In this document: positions 25,953-35,535 of the stretch, one piece after another
How the letters are laid out: every line of letters begins with the position of its first letter
How positions within the stretch are numbered: position 1 is the stretch's first letter
NCBI GenBank assembly: GCA_964655365.1
Contig: CAZZMQ010000008.1
Location: 1 to 41,527, forward strand
DNA: 41,527 nucleotides
Direction of reading: 5' to 3'
DNA from: an uncultured Dehalococcoidia bacterium
GTDB lineage: Bacteria; Chloroflexota; Dehalococcoidia; Bin125
Made by a program: the position numbers and the translations under genes
Notes under the pieces: generated by a model
Told to the model about the DNA's origin: nothing
Seen by the model: the letters and a program-made list of their open reading frames with translations, nothing else
Databases searched by the model: none

Positions 25953-26477
25953 CTAGATCGTCAATCCCCCCAATCCCTGCACCCCCCGCTGGTACTCGAT
26001 TTCCCCGATGTGCCGGTAGCCGTGACTCAAGCACAATCCGTAGATCGCATCCCAGACAGGCATTTCCCCCAGGGGTTTTACTGTTACCCGCCGCGACTCA
26101 AACTCATCCTCCGATATCGATGCCAGATACGTTTCTGTTGCGTCCCAGACCTGCTGCTGGTACTGCAAGAACTGGGGCACGTCATGGATCGTAACGGCGT
26201 TTGCCTCCTCCTCCGTCATCCCCGTTCCCTGCGACGTCGATGGCAGCGCGAAATACTCGTCGTAATTTCCCTTCAGCCATACCGTCGGCTGCTGTTGCAA
26301 CACCCAATTGATCACGTTGTCCTCGGTCCGCACGAAGTGCCAGAGGCTGAAAAATCCAGACACCCCACCCTCCTGCGGCCGGAAGTTCAACTGCTCGGCT
26401 GTCATCTCGCTGACCGCCTTGTTCAGCATCGCGTGCATCGAAGTCTGGCTCTCGCGCAGCAGATCGCGTCTGTTCAT
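25953..26477 (-). CDS. DinB-family (four-helix bundle, metal-dependent) protein
   Basis: 174 aa. The pattern is DinB_2-like: N-terminal helix ...LNKAVSEMTAEQLNFRP, then WHFVRTED, then C-terminal SHGYRHIGEIEY. GGAGGGA SD. Confidence 0.7.
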   Translation of the reverse strand: MNRRDLLRESQTSMHAMLNKAVSEMTAEQLNFRPQEGGVSGFFSLWHFVRTEDNVINWVLQQQPTVWLKGNYDEYFALPSTSQGTGMTEEEANAVTIHDVPQFLQYQQQVWDATETYLASISEDEFESRRVTVKPLGEMPVWDAIYGLCLSHGYRHIGEIEYQRGVQGLGGLTI

Positions 26478-26686
26478 TGGTTCCCTCCGTTCTCAGTTCG
26501 GGCAGCCTAACGCCTTAGCAGTTGTGTTCTGGATCGTCCTCTCGCTTTACGATCATGTCCTTACGATGGCTGTGGTGGTCGAGACAGCCGTCGACCGCCA
26601 GGATCCGGACGATTCCGTCGGTTGACCGTACAGCCCACGACCATTCCGCCCCCGCCACCTACATCCCACTACCCGGAGGACAAACG

Positions 26687-27052
26687 ATGCTCCCAGCCGA
26701 CAACGCACAAGCCCTCGTTAGCCTTGCTGATGCCCTGCTTAAATCTCAACTTAATCGCCAAGCTCACTACGCCGAGCCGCTCACCCACGGCAGTATGCGC
26801 CTTGGTATGTACACTCCTGTCGGCACCGATCCCCAGCAGCCCCACGACCAAGACGAGATCTATCTTGTCGCCAAGGGCTCGGGCACATTTGCTATAGAGG
26901 CCGGTCCGAAGCAGGCCGACCACCACTTCTTTGGCCCCGGAGATGCCCTCTTTGTCCCCGCGGGCGTTGAACATCGTTTCGAGGACTTCAGCGATGATTT
27001 CGCTGCCTGGGTTATCTTCTACGGCCCAAAAGGCGGCGAAGCCGCGCGTTGA
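26687..27052 (+). CDS. Cupin domain protein
   Basis: The ORF 26522..27052 is trimmed to ATG 26687, which has GGAGGA 6 nt upstream. Cupin motifs HDQDEIYLVAKGSG and GDALFVPAGVEHRFE. Confidence 0.75.
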   Translation: MLPADNAQALVSLADALLKSQLNRQAHYAEPLTHGSMRLGMYTPVGTDPQQPHDQDEIYLVAKGSGTFAIEAGPKQADHHFFGPGDALFVPAGVEHRFEDFSDDFAAWVIFYGPKGGEAAR

Positions 27053-27209
27053 TCTCCGCCGCTGTCCATCCCACGAAGGAGCGTGCTTGCCACGAGCGAT
27101 CCATGGCAACAGACCGCGCCGAGGTTCAAGGGAGGGCAGGCGGGCTGGCTTTAAAAGGCCGGGCTTGTGTTCGTCCCGATTCTGGGGTTCTCGAGCCACC
27201 CACGGCGAT

Positions 27210-27983
27210 CTATCCGGGCGTCAGCCCCACCGACACCAGCAAATCCGCCACCTCCATGCGCCGGCAGGTAAACATCGGTGTATCCACCGCCGTGTACGCT
27301 GACGATTCCGAATCGCGGAGTTCCCGCACAAGTGCTAGGAACTCCCCCGGCGCGTCTCCCTCAAACGCTACCACGAACTCCTGGTCGTCCAACCCGTACG
27401 AATAGGTCGTATTGATCTTGATTCCGTGGAAGCCGTGCCCGATCGCGATGTGCTCGTTCATGATCCGCTGCCGCTCACCCTTCGGCAGCGTGTACCAATC
27501 GCGTGTTTTCACCATTGGGTAAACGAAGAGATAGTCGTTGGTTCCGCCATCCTCGCGCAGTACATCGCGTTTCTCCCCGCCCTCATGCAGCGGGTTCGCA
27601 TACATCGAGCGCATTGTCATGGACAGGTAAGAATGCGGTCGCTTCAGCCCCCCCGCTATCGGCGATGCCAGCAACGACGCGTGCCAACGCTGAATCTCAT
27701 CCAGATCGTCCGATACTTGCCAGATCAGGAAGTCTGTGTCTGCCCGTGTTCCGACCGTCGAATACGTTCGTGTCAGCATCCGTTCGGCCGACTGGTTGAG
27801 CAGTGCCGCCAGTCGTTTGCCTAACTGCAGTCGGCCCTCCTGCGGCCCTTGGCGCACCTCATCGGTCACGCGGTAGAACGAGAACTTAACGAACTGCTTT
27901 CCCCAGCTTGCTTTCGCCGGGTTGCCGTGCGGCGTTCCGTGCCCGTGCGGTGCCCCCGACTCTGTTGACGGCCGCGCGCTCAT
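27210..27983 (-). CDS. hemQ: Chlorite-dismutase-family haem enzyme, likely coproheme decarboxylase
   Basis: The ORF is trimmed to ATG 27983, which overlaps the AKR stop (ATGA). Blocks FVKFSFYRV, YLFVYPMVKTRDWYTLP, RQRIMNEHIAIGHGF, INTTYSYGLDDQEFVVAFE are typical of HemQ/Cld-like proteins. His/Gly/Pro-rich N-terminal tail. Confidence 0.8.
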   Translation of the reverse strand: MSARPSTESGAPHGHGTPHGNPAKASWGKQFVKFSFYRVTDEVRQGPQEGRLQLGKRLAALLNQSAERMLTRTYSTVGTRADTDFLIWQVSDDLDEIQRWHASLLASPIAGGLKRPHSYLSMTMRSMYANPLHEGGEKRDVLREDGGTNDYLFVYPMVKTRDWYTLPKGERQRIMNEHIAIGHGFHGIKINTTYSYGLDDQEFVVAFEGDAPGEFLALVRELRDSESSAYTAVDTPMFTCRRMEVADLLVSVGLTPG

Positions 27984-29026
27984 CGCGTGCTCGCTTTGAT
28001 CTCGTCGGAGGTCCGGTTCTCGGGCGCGATCCCTGCCTCGTTCGCCAGGCGTAGCCCGAAGTTGGCATCGAACAACTCCTCCACCCGTCGCCACTGCTCC
28101 GCGGTGATGGGTAGCGTCTCAGGCGCTGCCGCGAACTCGTGCAGCTGATCGCGATTGTAGATATTCGGCAACGCGCTCACGATCCGAGGCGTATGCATCA
28201 GGAACTGCAGCGCTGCTTGCGCCATCGTGGCTCCTCCTTCGACGAGGAAGTCGAGCTGCTCGATCTTCTTCAGCCCGTTCTCCAACCAGGCCCGCGGTCG
28301 GTGACTGCGATGGTCGCTCTTGTCGAACACCGTCTCCAGTGTGTATTTGCCCTCAAGCATGCCCGACGAATGTGGCACCCGTACCAACAGTGACGCCCCG
28401 CTCTTCTCTGCCGACGCAATCAGGCCTCGCCCCGGATCCAGCTCCAGCGCGTTGTAGATGATCTGCACGAGATCGACCCCGCGCTCTTCCATCGCGTAGA
28501 CACCCTCTTCCAGCCAGCCGATCGCTGGCCCCAATGCCACGCCGATCGCGCGAACCTTCCCTTCCCGCTTCACGCGTTCGAGGAAAGTCCACAGCTCATC
28601 CCGCTCCAGCGCGTCTCGGCGCGGATTGTGGAACTGCCACAGGTCGATGTAATCCGTTCCCAGCCGCTCCAACGCCTCGTTCAAGGATTGCTCAATGAAC
28701 GAGGTGTCCCATCGCTGTGGCGCTTCCTGATGGCCCGCCAATTTCTCCTTCGGCCGGTTCGCGAAGTCGTAGCCAAACTTTGTCGCGATCACCACGTCGG
28801 CGCGCTCACCCTTCGGGAATGCGTCGCGCAGCAGCGTCTCTCCGCGCCCCTCACCGTACGTCGCCGCCGTGTCGAAGAAGTTGATCCCCAGGTCGCGCGC
28901 CTCGCGCAGCATCGCGATCGCGGCGTCGTTAGTGTGCTCGCCCCACCACGACGTGGCCACTGTCCACACCCCGAAGCCCACATCAGAGACGGACAAGTCC
29001 GAATTCGCGATCTGACGGTATTTCAT
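27980..29026 (-). CDS. Aldo/keto reductase
   Basis: 348 aa. MKYRQIANSDLSVSDVGFGVW, INFFDTAATYGEGRGE, IDLWQFHNP are AKR signatures. Confidence 0.9.
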   Translation of the reverse strand: MKYRQIANSDLSVSDVGFGVWTVATSWWGEHTNDAAIAMLREARDLGINFFDTAATYGEGRGETLLRDAFPKGERADVVIATKFGYDFANRPKEKLAGHQEAPQRWDTSFIEQSLNEALERLGTDYIDLWQFHNPRRDALERDELWTFLERVKREGKVRAIGVALGPAIGWLEEGVYAMEERGVDLVQIIYNALELDPGRGLIASAEKSGASLLVRVPHSSGMLEGKYTLETVFDKSDHRSHRPRAWLENGLKKIEQLDFLVEGGATMAQAALQFLMHTPRIVSALPNIYNRDQLHEFAAAPETLPITAEQWRRVEELFDANFGLRLANEAGIAPENRTSDEIKASTR

Positions 29027-29124
29027 CGCATTTCTCCGCTGCTGCCCTCTAACGCGGGCTTTTAACCTAAGTGACGGCAGATGCCTCCAGCAATCGACTC
29101 TGCATCGCCAGGTTCACTCGCCGC

Positions 29125-30495
29125 CTAAGCTGCAGGTGTTTTTGGTCGCAACGCTCCCGACGGAGCCTCCTCTTCGTCCTTCCGGGGCCGTCGCGGCGGT
29201 TTCGCTAGCAAGAAAAATACCGATCCAATCCCTGCCATGACCGCCAGGACTGTGAAGCCCAGCTTGTATGTCCCCGTCGAGTCGGCGAGCACCCCAGCCA
29301 CGATCGGACCCACCGTCATCCCCACCATCATGATCATGGACGAGAATCCCATGATCATTCCGAACGATTTGCGACCAAAGTAGTCTGCCCGCAAGGCCTG
29401 CGTCAGTGGGCCTCGCGCTCCCCACGCCGTGCCATGCAACACTGCGAACAGGAACACCATCCACAACGCTGATGCCCAGGCCAAGATCAGCATTCCTGCG
29501 GAGTGCCAGAGCATCGCCACGAACACGATGTAGCGCTTGTTGAAGCGATCGCCTAGCACCCCACCGAACAGCATTCCCACGATCTGCATCGCCGTCATCA
29601 CTGCGATCACGATCGCGGCCGTACCTAGCGAGTAGCCCAACTGTTCGTTGATATGTAACACCAGGTGCACCATCACCGCTGAGACGACTAGCAGTGCTGC
29701 TGCGTGCCCCAGGGAGAGATACCAAAAGGATCCCGTGCGCAGCGCCTCTCTCACCGTGTATTCGCCGTCCCGCGCCGGAGCGCCCACCGCCGCGCCGCCC
29801 TCTGCCTCTGCCGGGGGCGGCGGCGCCGTCAGCGGCTTGCCATCCACCCCGATCCCAATGTCCTCCGGCCGCGTTCGGATCACCCGCGACAGTGGCAGCC
29901 CCACGAAAAGCACCAACAACCCCGACCCGAAGGCCGTCTCACGCCAGCCAAACTCCTCCATGCTCAGTACTACGATCGGCACCAGCAGGCCGCCGATCGC
30001 CATCCCCATCCCCATGACCGCCATCGCCGTCGCCCGCCGCCGCTCGAACCAATTCACGATTGCTACCGTCAGCGTCATGAAGCCGCCTACGCTCGCGCCG
30101 ATCGCCATTAATAAGTAGGTCACGAAGAAGTGCCACTGCGTGTCGATTTGGCTGAACAACAGAAAGCCAACCCCCAACATCACCAGCCCCGCCCGCATCA
30201 TCTTCCGCGGTCCCAGCGTGTCGATCAGCCAGCCTTGTATGGGCCCCAGGATCCCGCTCTCCACGCGCGTTACCGAAAAGGCGAATGAGAACAACGTCTT
30301 CGACCAGCCGAATTCGTCGCGCAGAACCGCCGCATACGCTCCGAACGTCTGCATCATTAGCCCACCGATCAGGATCTGAATCACCACCCCGATCCCAACG
30401 ATGCGCCAGCCGTAGAAGAGATCACGCGGCCACGGCCTGCCCGCACCGCGCAATGCGGGGCAGAACCGAATCGCCGGACGGCGCGATCGATTCAT
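29125..30495 (-). CDS. MFS transporter
   Basis: 456 aa. About 12 hydrophobic segments with a central loop. N-terminal YGWRIVGIG... is typical of the OFA-like MFS subgroup. Confidence 0.85.
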   Translation of the reverse strand: MNRSRRPAIRFCPALRGAGRPWPRDLFYGWRIVGIGVVIQILIGGLMMQTFGAYAAVLRDEFGWSKTLFSFAFSVTRVESGILGPIQGWLIDTLGPRKMMRAGLVMLGVGFLLFSQIDTQWHFFVTYLLMAIGASVGGFMTLTVAIVNWFERRRATAMAVMGMGMAIGGLLVPIVVLSMEEFGWRETAFGSGLLVLFVGLPLSRVIRTRPEDIGIGVDGKPLTAPPPPAEAEGGAAVGAPARDGEYTVREALRTGSFWYLSLGHAAALLVVSAVMVHLVLHINEQLGYSLGTAAIVIAVMTAMQIVGMLFGGVLGDRFNKRYIVFVAMLWHSAGMLILAWASALWMVFLFAVLHGTAWGARGPLTQALRADYFGRKSFGMIMGFSSMIMMVGMTVGPIVAGVLADSTGTYKLGFTVLAVMAGIGSVFFLLAKPPRRPRKDEEEAPSGALRPKTPAA

Positions 30496-30579
30496 GGCCC
30501 AGCCCCTTCCGGACGGCCCACACTGCGTTCCAGCGACCCAGAGACGCGGCGACCGCTCCCATCCTAGCTTCCCCGCCGC

Positions 30580-32205
30580 CTACCTTCTCCCGGCGCGCGG
30601 CCCGGATTTACTGGCTGACCCGTGCGACTGCTCGGCCGGCGGCCCGTCGTGTGACGGCCGGTTCCGGATCGATCCTGGCACCTCGCGCAGCGCCTCCGCC
30701 ATCCGCTCGCCGATCATGATCGCCGTCAGGTTCGTGTTGCAGGACACGATCTCCGGCATGATTGCTGCATCCGCCACGTAGAGCCGCTCCAGCCCCCGCA
30801 CCTTTCCTCGTTGATCGACCACCGCCATCGCATCGCTGTCGGCCCCCATTTTGCAGGTGCCGCAGACGTGCCATGTCGTGCTCGTCGTCCCGCGGATGTA
30901 ATTCTCCAGTGCCGCGTGGTCCGCCACCACGTCCGCACTCGGCGCTAGCACCCGCTCTGCGAACGGTGACAACTCCGGTCCATTCATTAACGACCAGGCC
31001 AGCTTTACACCCTCCGCCAACCGCCGCATGTCGTCAGGGTGCGTCGCATAGTGCATATCGAGCTGCGGCTGCTCATGCGGATCGGCAGAGCGCAGCGTCA
31101 GCCGTCCCCTCGATGCCGTTCGCTGCACGATGACTCCCACCCCGAATGTCGCTCCCGACTTTCGGGGTGCATCGGTTAATCCCCGGACTTGGTCCCGATC
31201 GAAGATCGTCGAGATCCCCAGCTGCATATCGTTCGGCTGTTCTGATCCTGCCGACGTATAGCGCAGTCCAACTTCCGTCACGACCCTGGGGTCATGCTCC
31301 GATCCCTCCTTCGCCAGCGCTTGGACTCCTGCCCCGAAGTGGTCGATTAGGTTCTCGCCTACGCCAGGCAGCTCCAGAACTTGCGCGATCCCGTGCGGTT
31401 CTATTTTCTCCCGGGGTCCCACGCCCGAGCGCAGCAGAATCGCCGGCGAAATTAGCGCCCCCGCCGACAGCGTCACGCGGCTACCTCGCACGACCTGGAG
31501 CTGGCCGCCACTCTCGACTTCCACCCCTACTGCGCCCCCGTCCTCGAACAGAACCCTGTGTACCAGTGCCTCCGCCCGGATCGTCAGATTCAGCCGCCCC
31601 CGGTTTGGCACCAGGTAGCCTAGGTTCGTCGAGAAGCGATCGCCCGCAACCCGGTTGCGTGGCCATGGTCCAACCCCCGTTGCGTCTGGCAGGTTCTGGT
31701 CCCACGAATCTTCGAACCCCTTCCGCCGGCACGCCTCATAGAATGCCCGCTGGATCGGCTGCCACTTGGCTTTCGGCGTCCGCTCGATCGGGATCGGGCC
31801 GCTTGTGCCGTGGAAGTCGCCGCCTTCGGGGTCGTCCTCCAGCCGCCTGTAGTACGGCAGCACATCCTCGTACGACCATTCATCGCAGCCCGCCTCCACC
31901 CACGCTGCGAAGTCGCTTGGCACCCCGCGTAGCGCGATCGTTCCGTTCACCGCCGACGATCCACCTACCACCTTGCCGCGATGCAGCTTGATCTCGCGTT
32001 CCGGCTGCGCCGACGCCTTGAACCCCCAGTCATGATCGCTCCACGATACCCACGGCTTCAGCAGATCATCTGGCATCGAGTCGAGTGACGCATAGTCTGG
32101 CCCCGCTTCTAGCAGCAGCACGCTGCGCTCCGCGTCCTCCGATAGCCGCGCCGCGATCACGGCTCCCGCCGAACCCGCCCCCACGACAATGTCGTCGTAT
32201 TGCAT
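30580..32205 (-). CDS. GMC family FAD-dependent oxidoreductase (choline-dehydrogenase-like)
   Basis: 541 aa. YDDIVVGAGSAGAVIAARLSED (GxGxxG), GGSSAVNG, and the C-terminal active-site region TTWHVCGTCKMG. AAGGAG SD. The C-terminal tail of about 40 aa is low complexity. Confidence 0.9.
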   Translation of the reverse strand: MQYDDIVVGAGSAGAVIAARLSEDAERSVLLLEAGPDYASLDSMPDDLLKPWVSWSDHDWGFKASAQPEREIKLHRGKVVGGSSAVNGTIALRGVPSDFAAWVEAGCDEWSYEDVLPYYRRLEDDPEGGDFHGTSGPIPIERTPKAKWQPIQRAFYEACRRKGFEDSWDQNLPDATGVGPWPRNRVAGDRFSTNLGYLVPNRGRLNLTIRAEALVHRVLFEDGGAVGVEVESGGQLQVVRGSRVTLSAGALISPAILLRSGVGPREKIEPHGIAQVLELPGVGENLIDHFGAGVQALAKEGSEHDPRVVTEVGLRYTSAGSEQPNDMQLGISTIFDRDQVRGLTDAPRKSGATFGVGVIVQRTASRGRLTLRSADPHEQPQLDMHYATHPDDMRRLAEGVKLAWSLMNGPELSPFAERVLAPSADVVADHAALENYIRGTTSTTWHVCGTCKMGADSDAMAVVDQRGKVRGLERLYVADAAIMPEIVSCNTNLTAIMIGERMAEALREVPGSIRNRPSHDGPPAEQSHGSASKSGPRAGRR

Positions 32206-32317
32206 ACACGCTCCTTGCTGTCGCGGCGATACTACGTGACCACTCTGCTGATTGCCGCGTGTGGGGGCAGGCCGACGCGTCCGCCCGACTACTTATACTG
32301 CGTGACGTGAGGATCTC

Positions 32318-32824
32318 TTGACTACAGACACTAACCCCGACCCCTCCGGCGTCGTGCGTCAATGGCTCAGCGATCACGAGATCGACCACGAACTCATGGC
32401 TTGTGCTCCGGAGCTCGCGGACACCGCCGACTTCTGTGCCCATTACGGTGTCGCCCCCGCAGCCTCCGGCAACACCATCATCGTGGCCTCCAAGAAGCAG
32501 CCCAAACGCTACGCCGCGTGCCTCGTCACTGCCACTACCCGCCTCGACGTTAACAAGCGCGTGCGCAAGTTGATCGAGGCGCGCGCCTCCTTTGCTTCTG
32601 CCGACGAGACCCGTGACCTGACCGGCATGTTGATCGGCGGTGTCACGATCTTCGCCCTTCCCCACGACCTGCCGCTCTACGTCGATGCTCGTATCATGGA
32701 CCTGGCGCACATCTGGGTTGGGGGTGGCAGCCGCTCTTGGAAGATCAAGGTTAGCCCTACCGAGCTGCACAAGATTCCAAACCTCGAAGTGGTCGAAGGT
32801 CTTGCCATGGAGACCCGGAGCTAA
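32318..32824 (+). CDS. YbaK/prolyl-tRNA-synthetase-associated (aminoacyl-tRNA editing) domain protein
   Basis: 168 aa, TTG start with GTGAGGAT upstream. The pattern ...NTIIVASKKQPKRYAACLVTATTRLDVNK...TGMLIGGVTIFALP...VGGG fits the YbaK/EbsC fold. Confidence 0.75.
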   Translation: MTTDTNPDPSGVVRQWLSDHEIDHELMACAPELADTADFCAHYGVAPAASGNTIIVASKKQPKRYAACLVTATTRLDVNKRVRKLIEARASFASADETRDLTGMLIGGVTIFALPHDLPLYVDARIMDLAHIWVGGGSRSWKIKVSPTELHKIPNLEVVEGLAMETRS

Positions 32825-33085
32825 CAGCTGGCCTTGGCTCACGTCTCTTTTCGAAGCGTGGTCTGCTCAATCGCCCCTTAACCGCCTGGACGCCACACAT
32901 CCCGCAGATGTCTTTTGCGCCGTCGTCTCTCCGAACGCCCCGCCGTTGAGTCAGTACCGAGTGGATTAGCCTTATTGTCGGTGCAGTGCCGAACGTCATC
33001 AACGCCGTCTGCCTGAACGGCTTCTCAGACCCGCCTGTCAGGTCCTCCAGTACCGCTGCCAGCAGCGGCTCGATCCCGCTCTACT

Positions 33086-33643
33086 TCACTGTGGGCAGGT
33101 GCTGATTCGCCAGCGGCGTTCATGTACCACCCAGATGTCCGGTGGTAGCCGTGTCGCATACGCCACCAACGCTCGGTCCGTATCGAGGAACGTGATCGAC
33201 TCGAAGTCGTTGCTCGCTTGTCCACTGGTCTCTACTAAAGGTGCCCCGAAGGAATACGAAAGTCTCCCTGCCTCGCCCGGGTCGCCGCAGTCGTCCAGGA
33301 AGACACTTCCGAAGTCCTCGGCGTTAAGCGCGTTCAGCGCCGCGATGTGTTGCGCGAGCGCCTCAAACAGGGTGTTCTCCCGGGCCCCGATGCCCGGACC
33401 GCCGCTCGCGCCAAGCGCCTCGTCCCCCTCCACGTTAGGGACACTCGCGGCTACTTCGGCTGGGGTTGCCTCGCTCACAGTTGCTTTGCTCTGTCCCTGA
33501 TCGCTGACTGCTTCGACCGCGAGCGGCGCCGATCTCGTGTTGGATGGCAGCTCGGCACTACAGGCAGATAGCACCAGTGCGGCGACTGGGCCAAGAAGAG
33601 CCAATAGCATGACTTCTCTCGTCGAACCAAGCGGCACATGCAT
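33086..33643 (-). CDS. Putative lipoprotein with an NTF2/SnoaL-like C-terminal region
   Basis: 185 aa. Signal peptide ending in the lipobox LSAC (MHVPLGSTREVMLLALLGPVAALVLSAC). Low-complexity linker. The C-terminus ...WVVHERRWRIS is reminiscent of NTF2-like folds. Confidence 0.55.
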   Translation of the reverse strand: MHVPLGSTREVMLLALLGPVAALVLSACSAELPSNTRSAPLAVEAVSDQGQSKATVSEATPAEVAASVPNVEGDEALGASGGPGIGARENTLFEALAQHIAALNALNAEDFGSVFLDDCGDPGEAGRLSYSFGAPLVETSGQASNDFESITFLDTDRALVAYATRLPPDIWVVHERRWRISTCPQ

Positions 33644-33750
33644 TTCGCCAGCTTAACCGGCGAGTTCGCCGTGTCCTCGCCGCCCGCTCAGTTAGGTGCG
33701 CTCTGTGTCCCGTTTTCTGGATCGACCATTGGCGGATTTCCCGCACTCGT

Positions 33751-35421
33751 CTAGACAGCGCACTCACCCTCGCCGCGTTGCAGGATATACAGTCCGTCAC
33801 GCTCCCAGTCGATGAACATCGGCAGAGTCTCCGGGCCGAAGTCTGGCGGCAGCGTCAGATCCTGCGCCGCTGCCATGAACGGCTCCTCGCCGACCCGGTC
33901 GAAGAACTCGTTAAATTCTTCGCCGTCGTTGCGCTCCCGCTGATAGAGCCCCACGAACCGCTCTACTGTTTCGGGAACGCGCTTGGCTGGGATTCGCAGC
34001 TTGATCAGCGTGCCCAGACGCAACGCATCGCCGTTCCTGTAGCTGCCCGCCAGGAACACGTGATAGGCCGGAATCTGTCGCTGGCCCTGCCGGATCGCCG
34101 CACCGTGGAAGCCGATATTCGCGATGTGGTGCTGCCCACACGAGTTGGGGCAGCCGCTCATGTGGATTCGGATCCGGCGCGTCGCCGCGTCATCGATGTC
34201 CAACTGTGCCAGCTTGTCGCGTACCGCCGAGTTTAACCCCATCGACGAAGTGATGCCCAGCTTGCACGAGTCCGTCCCAGGGCAAGAAACCACATCCGTA
34301 ATCTCGCCCGCGTCGTCACCACCCAAGCCCAACGCCTTTAGATCGCGCCAGGCCCCGTACAGGTGCTCGGTAGGGATCCAGCGCAGCAGCATATTCTGAC
34401 CCCACGTACTGCGCGCCCGGGCATTGCCCCAGTTACGCACGACGTCGGCCAGTCCGTGCCACTGTTGGACGTTCAGGTCGCCACGAGTCAGGTGAGCCTC
34501 GATCGAATGGTAGCCACCCTGTTTCTGCGGCTCCTCCCAAGTCGGACGCTCTTCTTTGGTCCAGTCCTGCGATAGGTACTCGTCCAGCAGCTCGCGGAAT
34601 CCGTCCCGTCCCAGGCGTGTCACGAGGTACTTGATCCGGGCTTTGTGAATGCTCTTGCGCAGCTCGTCGGCCTCGTTGAAGAGACGCAGCAGGCCCTCCG
34701 AGAACTGGAGAAATTTGTCTACCGGTACGAACTCGTCGATCACCACGGCGTGCTTGGCCATGGTCGATAGCCCTCCACCCTCCAGCACCTCAAAGCCACG
34801 TTCCTCTTTGCCGTCTACCTCGCGTAATTTGGCAACGAAGGCAAGGTCGTGGATTTCGGCGATCGCTCGGTCGCTCTCGCGACCGGTGAAGTACGTTTTC
34901 CACTTGCGTGGCAGCAGTTGCGTGATCTCATTGCGCACCCAGTAGCGAACGTAGGCACCGGCGTACGGCGTCACGTCGAACGGCTCTTCATCGTTGATCC
35001 CCGCGTACGCGTCGCCAGTCACATTGCGTACCACATTGCCGCAGCCCTCACGCGACGAAAGGCCGGCCTCCGCCAAGCGACGGAATACCGGTCCCATTAG
35101 GTCCAGGGGAATGAAGTGCATCTGGATGTTCTGACGCGTCGTAACGTGTCCCTTCTGGAGCGGGACGAATTCCTCCACCACGTCGCCGAAGGTGTCCAAT
35201 TGCTCGGCCGAGATCCCGCCCCATGGCAGCTTGACGCGGATCATCTGGACGTCCGGCTGGCGCTGGCCGTAGCAGCCCTGCTTCAGGCGGAAGCCGATGA
35301 ACTTAGCCTCATCACGCTCGCCACGTATGAAGGCCGCAGCTTCGGTTTCGAAATCATCGAACTCTTGCTCGATGATCGGGATCACGCGTCCCGGAAGATC
35401 CGTTCGCGTTTGGGTTGTCAT
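33751..35421 (-). CDS. Ferredoxin-dependent sulfite/nitrite reductase (siroheme-[4Fe-4S])
   Basis: Cys cluster SCPGTDSCKLGI ... MSGCPNSCGQHH, a duplicated NIR_SIR architecture, and the N-terminal FIGFRLKQGCYGQRQ block. ATG 35421 has GGGGGA 5 nt upstream. The track start at TTG 35433 is four codons earlier. Confidence 0.9.
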   Translation of the reverse strand: MTTQTRTDLPGRVIPIIEQEFDDFETEAAAFIRGERDEAKFIGFRLKQGCYGQRQPDVQMIRVKLPWGGISAEQLDTFGDVVEEFVPLQKGHVTTRQNIQMHFIPLDLMGPVFRRLAEAGLSSREGCGNVVRNVTGDAYAGINDEEPFDVTPYAGAYVRYWVRNEITQLLPRKWKTYFTGRESDRAIAEIHDLAFVAKLREVDGKEERGFEVLEGGGLSTMAKHAVVIDEFVPVDKFLQFSEGLLRLFNEADELRKSIHKARIKYLVTRLGRDGFRELLDEYLSQDWTKEERPTWEEPQKQGGYHSIEAHLTRGDLNVQQWHGLADVVRNWGNARARSTWGQNMLLRWIPTEHLYGAWRDLKALGLGGDDAGEITDVVSCPGTDSCKLGITSSMGLNSAVRDKLAQLDIDDAATRRIRIHMSGCPNSCGQHHIANIGFHGAAIRQGQRQIPAYHVFLAGSYRNGDALRLGTLIKLRIPAKRVPETVERFVGLYQRERNDGEEFNEFFDRVGEEPFMAAAQDLTLPPDFGPETLPMFIDWERDGLYILQRGEGECAV

Positions 35422-35480
35422 CGCGTCCCCCAAATGTGTCGTTGATTCCAGCGCGGCGGTGCGCTGCGGGTGCCAATCAT

Positions 35481-35517
35481 AACAAAAACAATTCCGATTC
35501 TGGCTATTCTCCAGAAT
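35481..35517 (-). terminator. Inverted repeat ATTCTGG-N7-CCAGAAT followed on the minus strand by TTGTTTTTGTT. It is either a terminator of the ABC operon or an operator in front of the sulfite reductase gene.
   Basis: Arms at 35497..35503 and 35511..35517 are exact complements. The T-rich tract is at 35481..35491 in the minus sense. It lies 19 nt after the permease stop and about 64-96 nt upstream of the reductase start. Confidence 0.35.
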
Positions 35518-35535
35518 GTTTACCCGTCGTCTCGG

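Noticed and set aside
32825-33085. 261-bp gap with a minus-strand frame of coding-like GC3 (IEPLLAAVLEDLTGGSEKPFRQTALMTFGTAP...) and a CCGCTG-CCAG-CAGCGG hairpin at 33052..33067
   Set aside because: There is no usable start codon before the TTG-ATG pair at about 33002. The remainder is Arg-rich and overlaps the ybaK-like gene antisense. No family is recognised. The hairpin lacks a U-tract.
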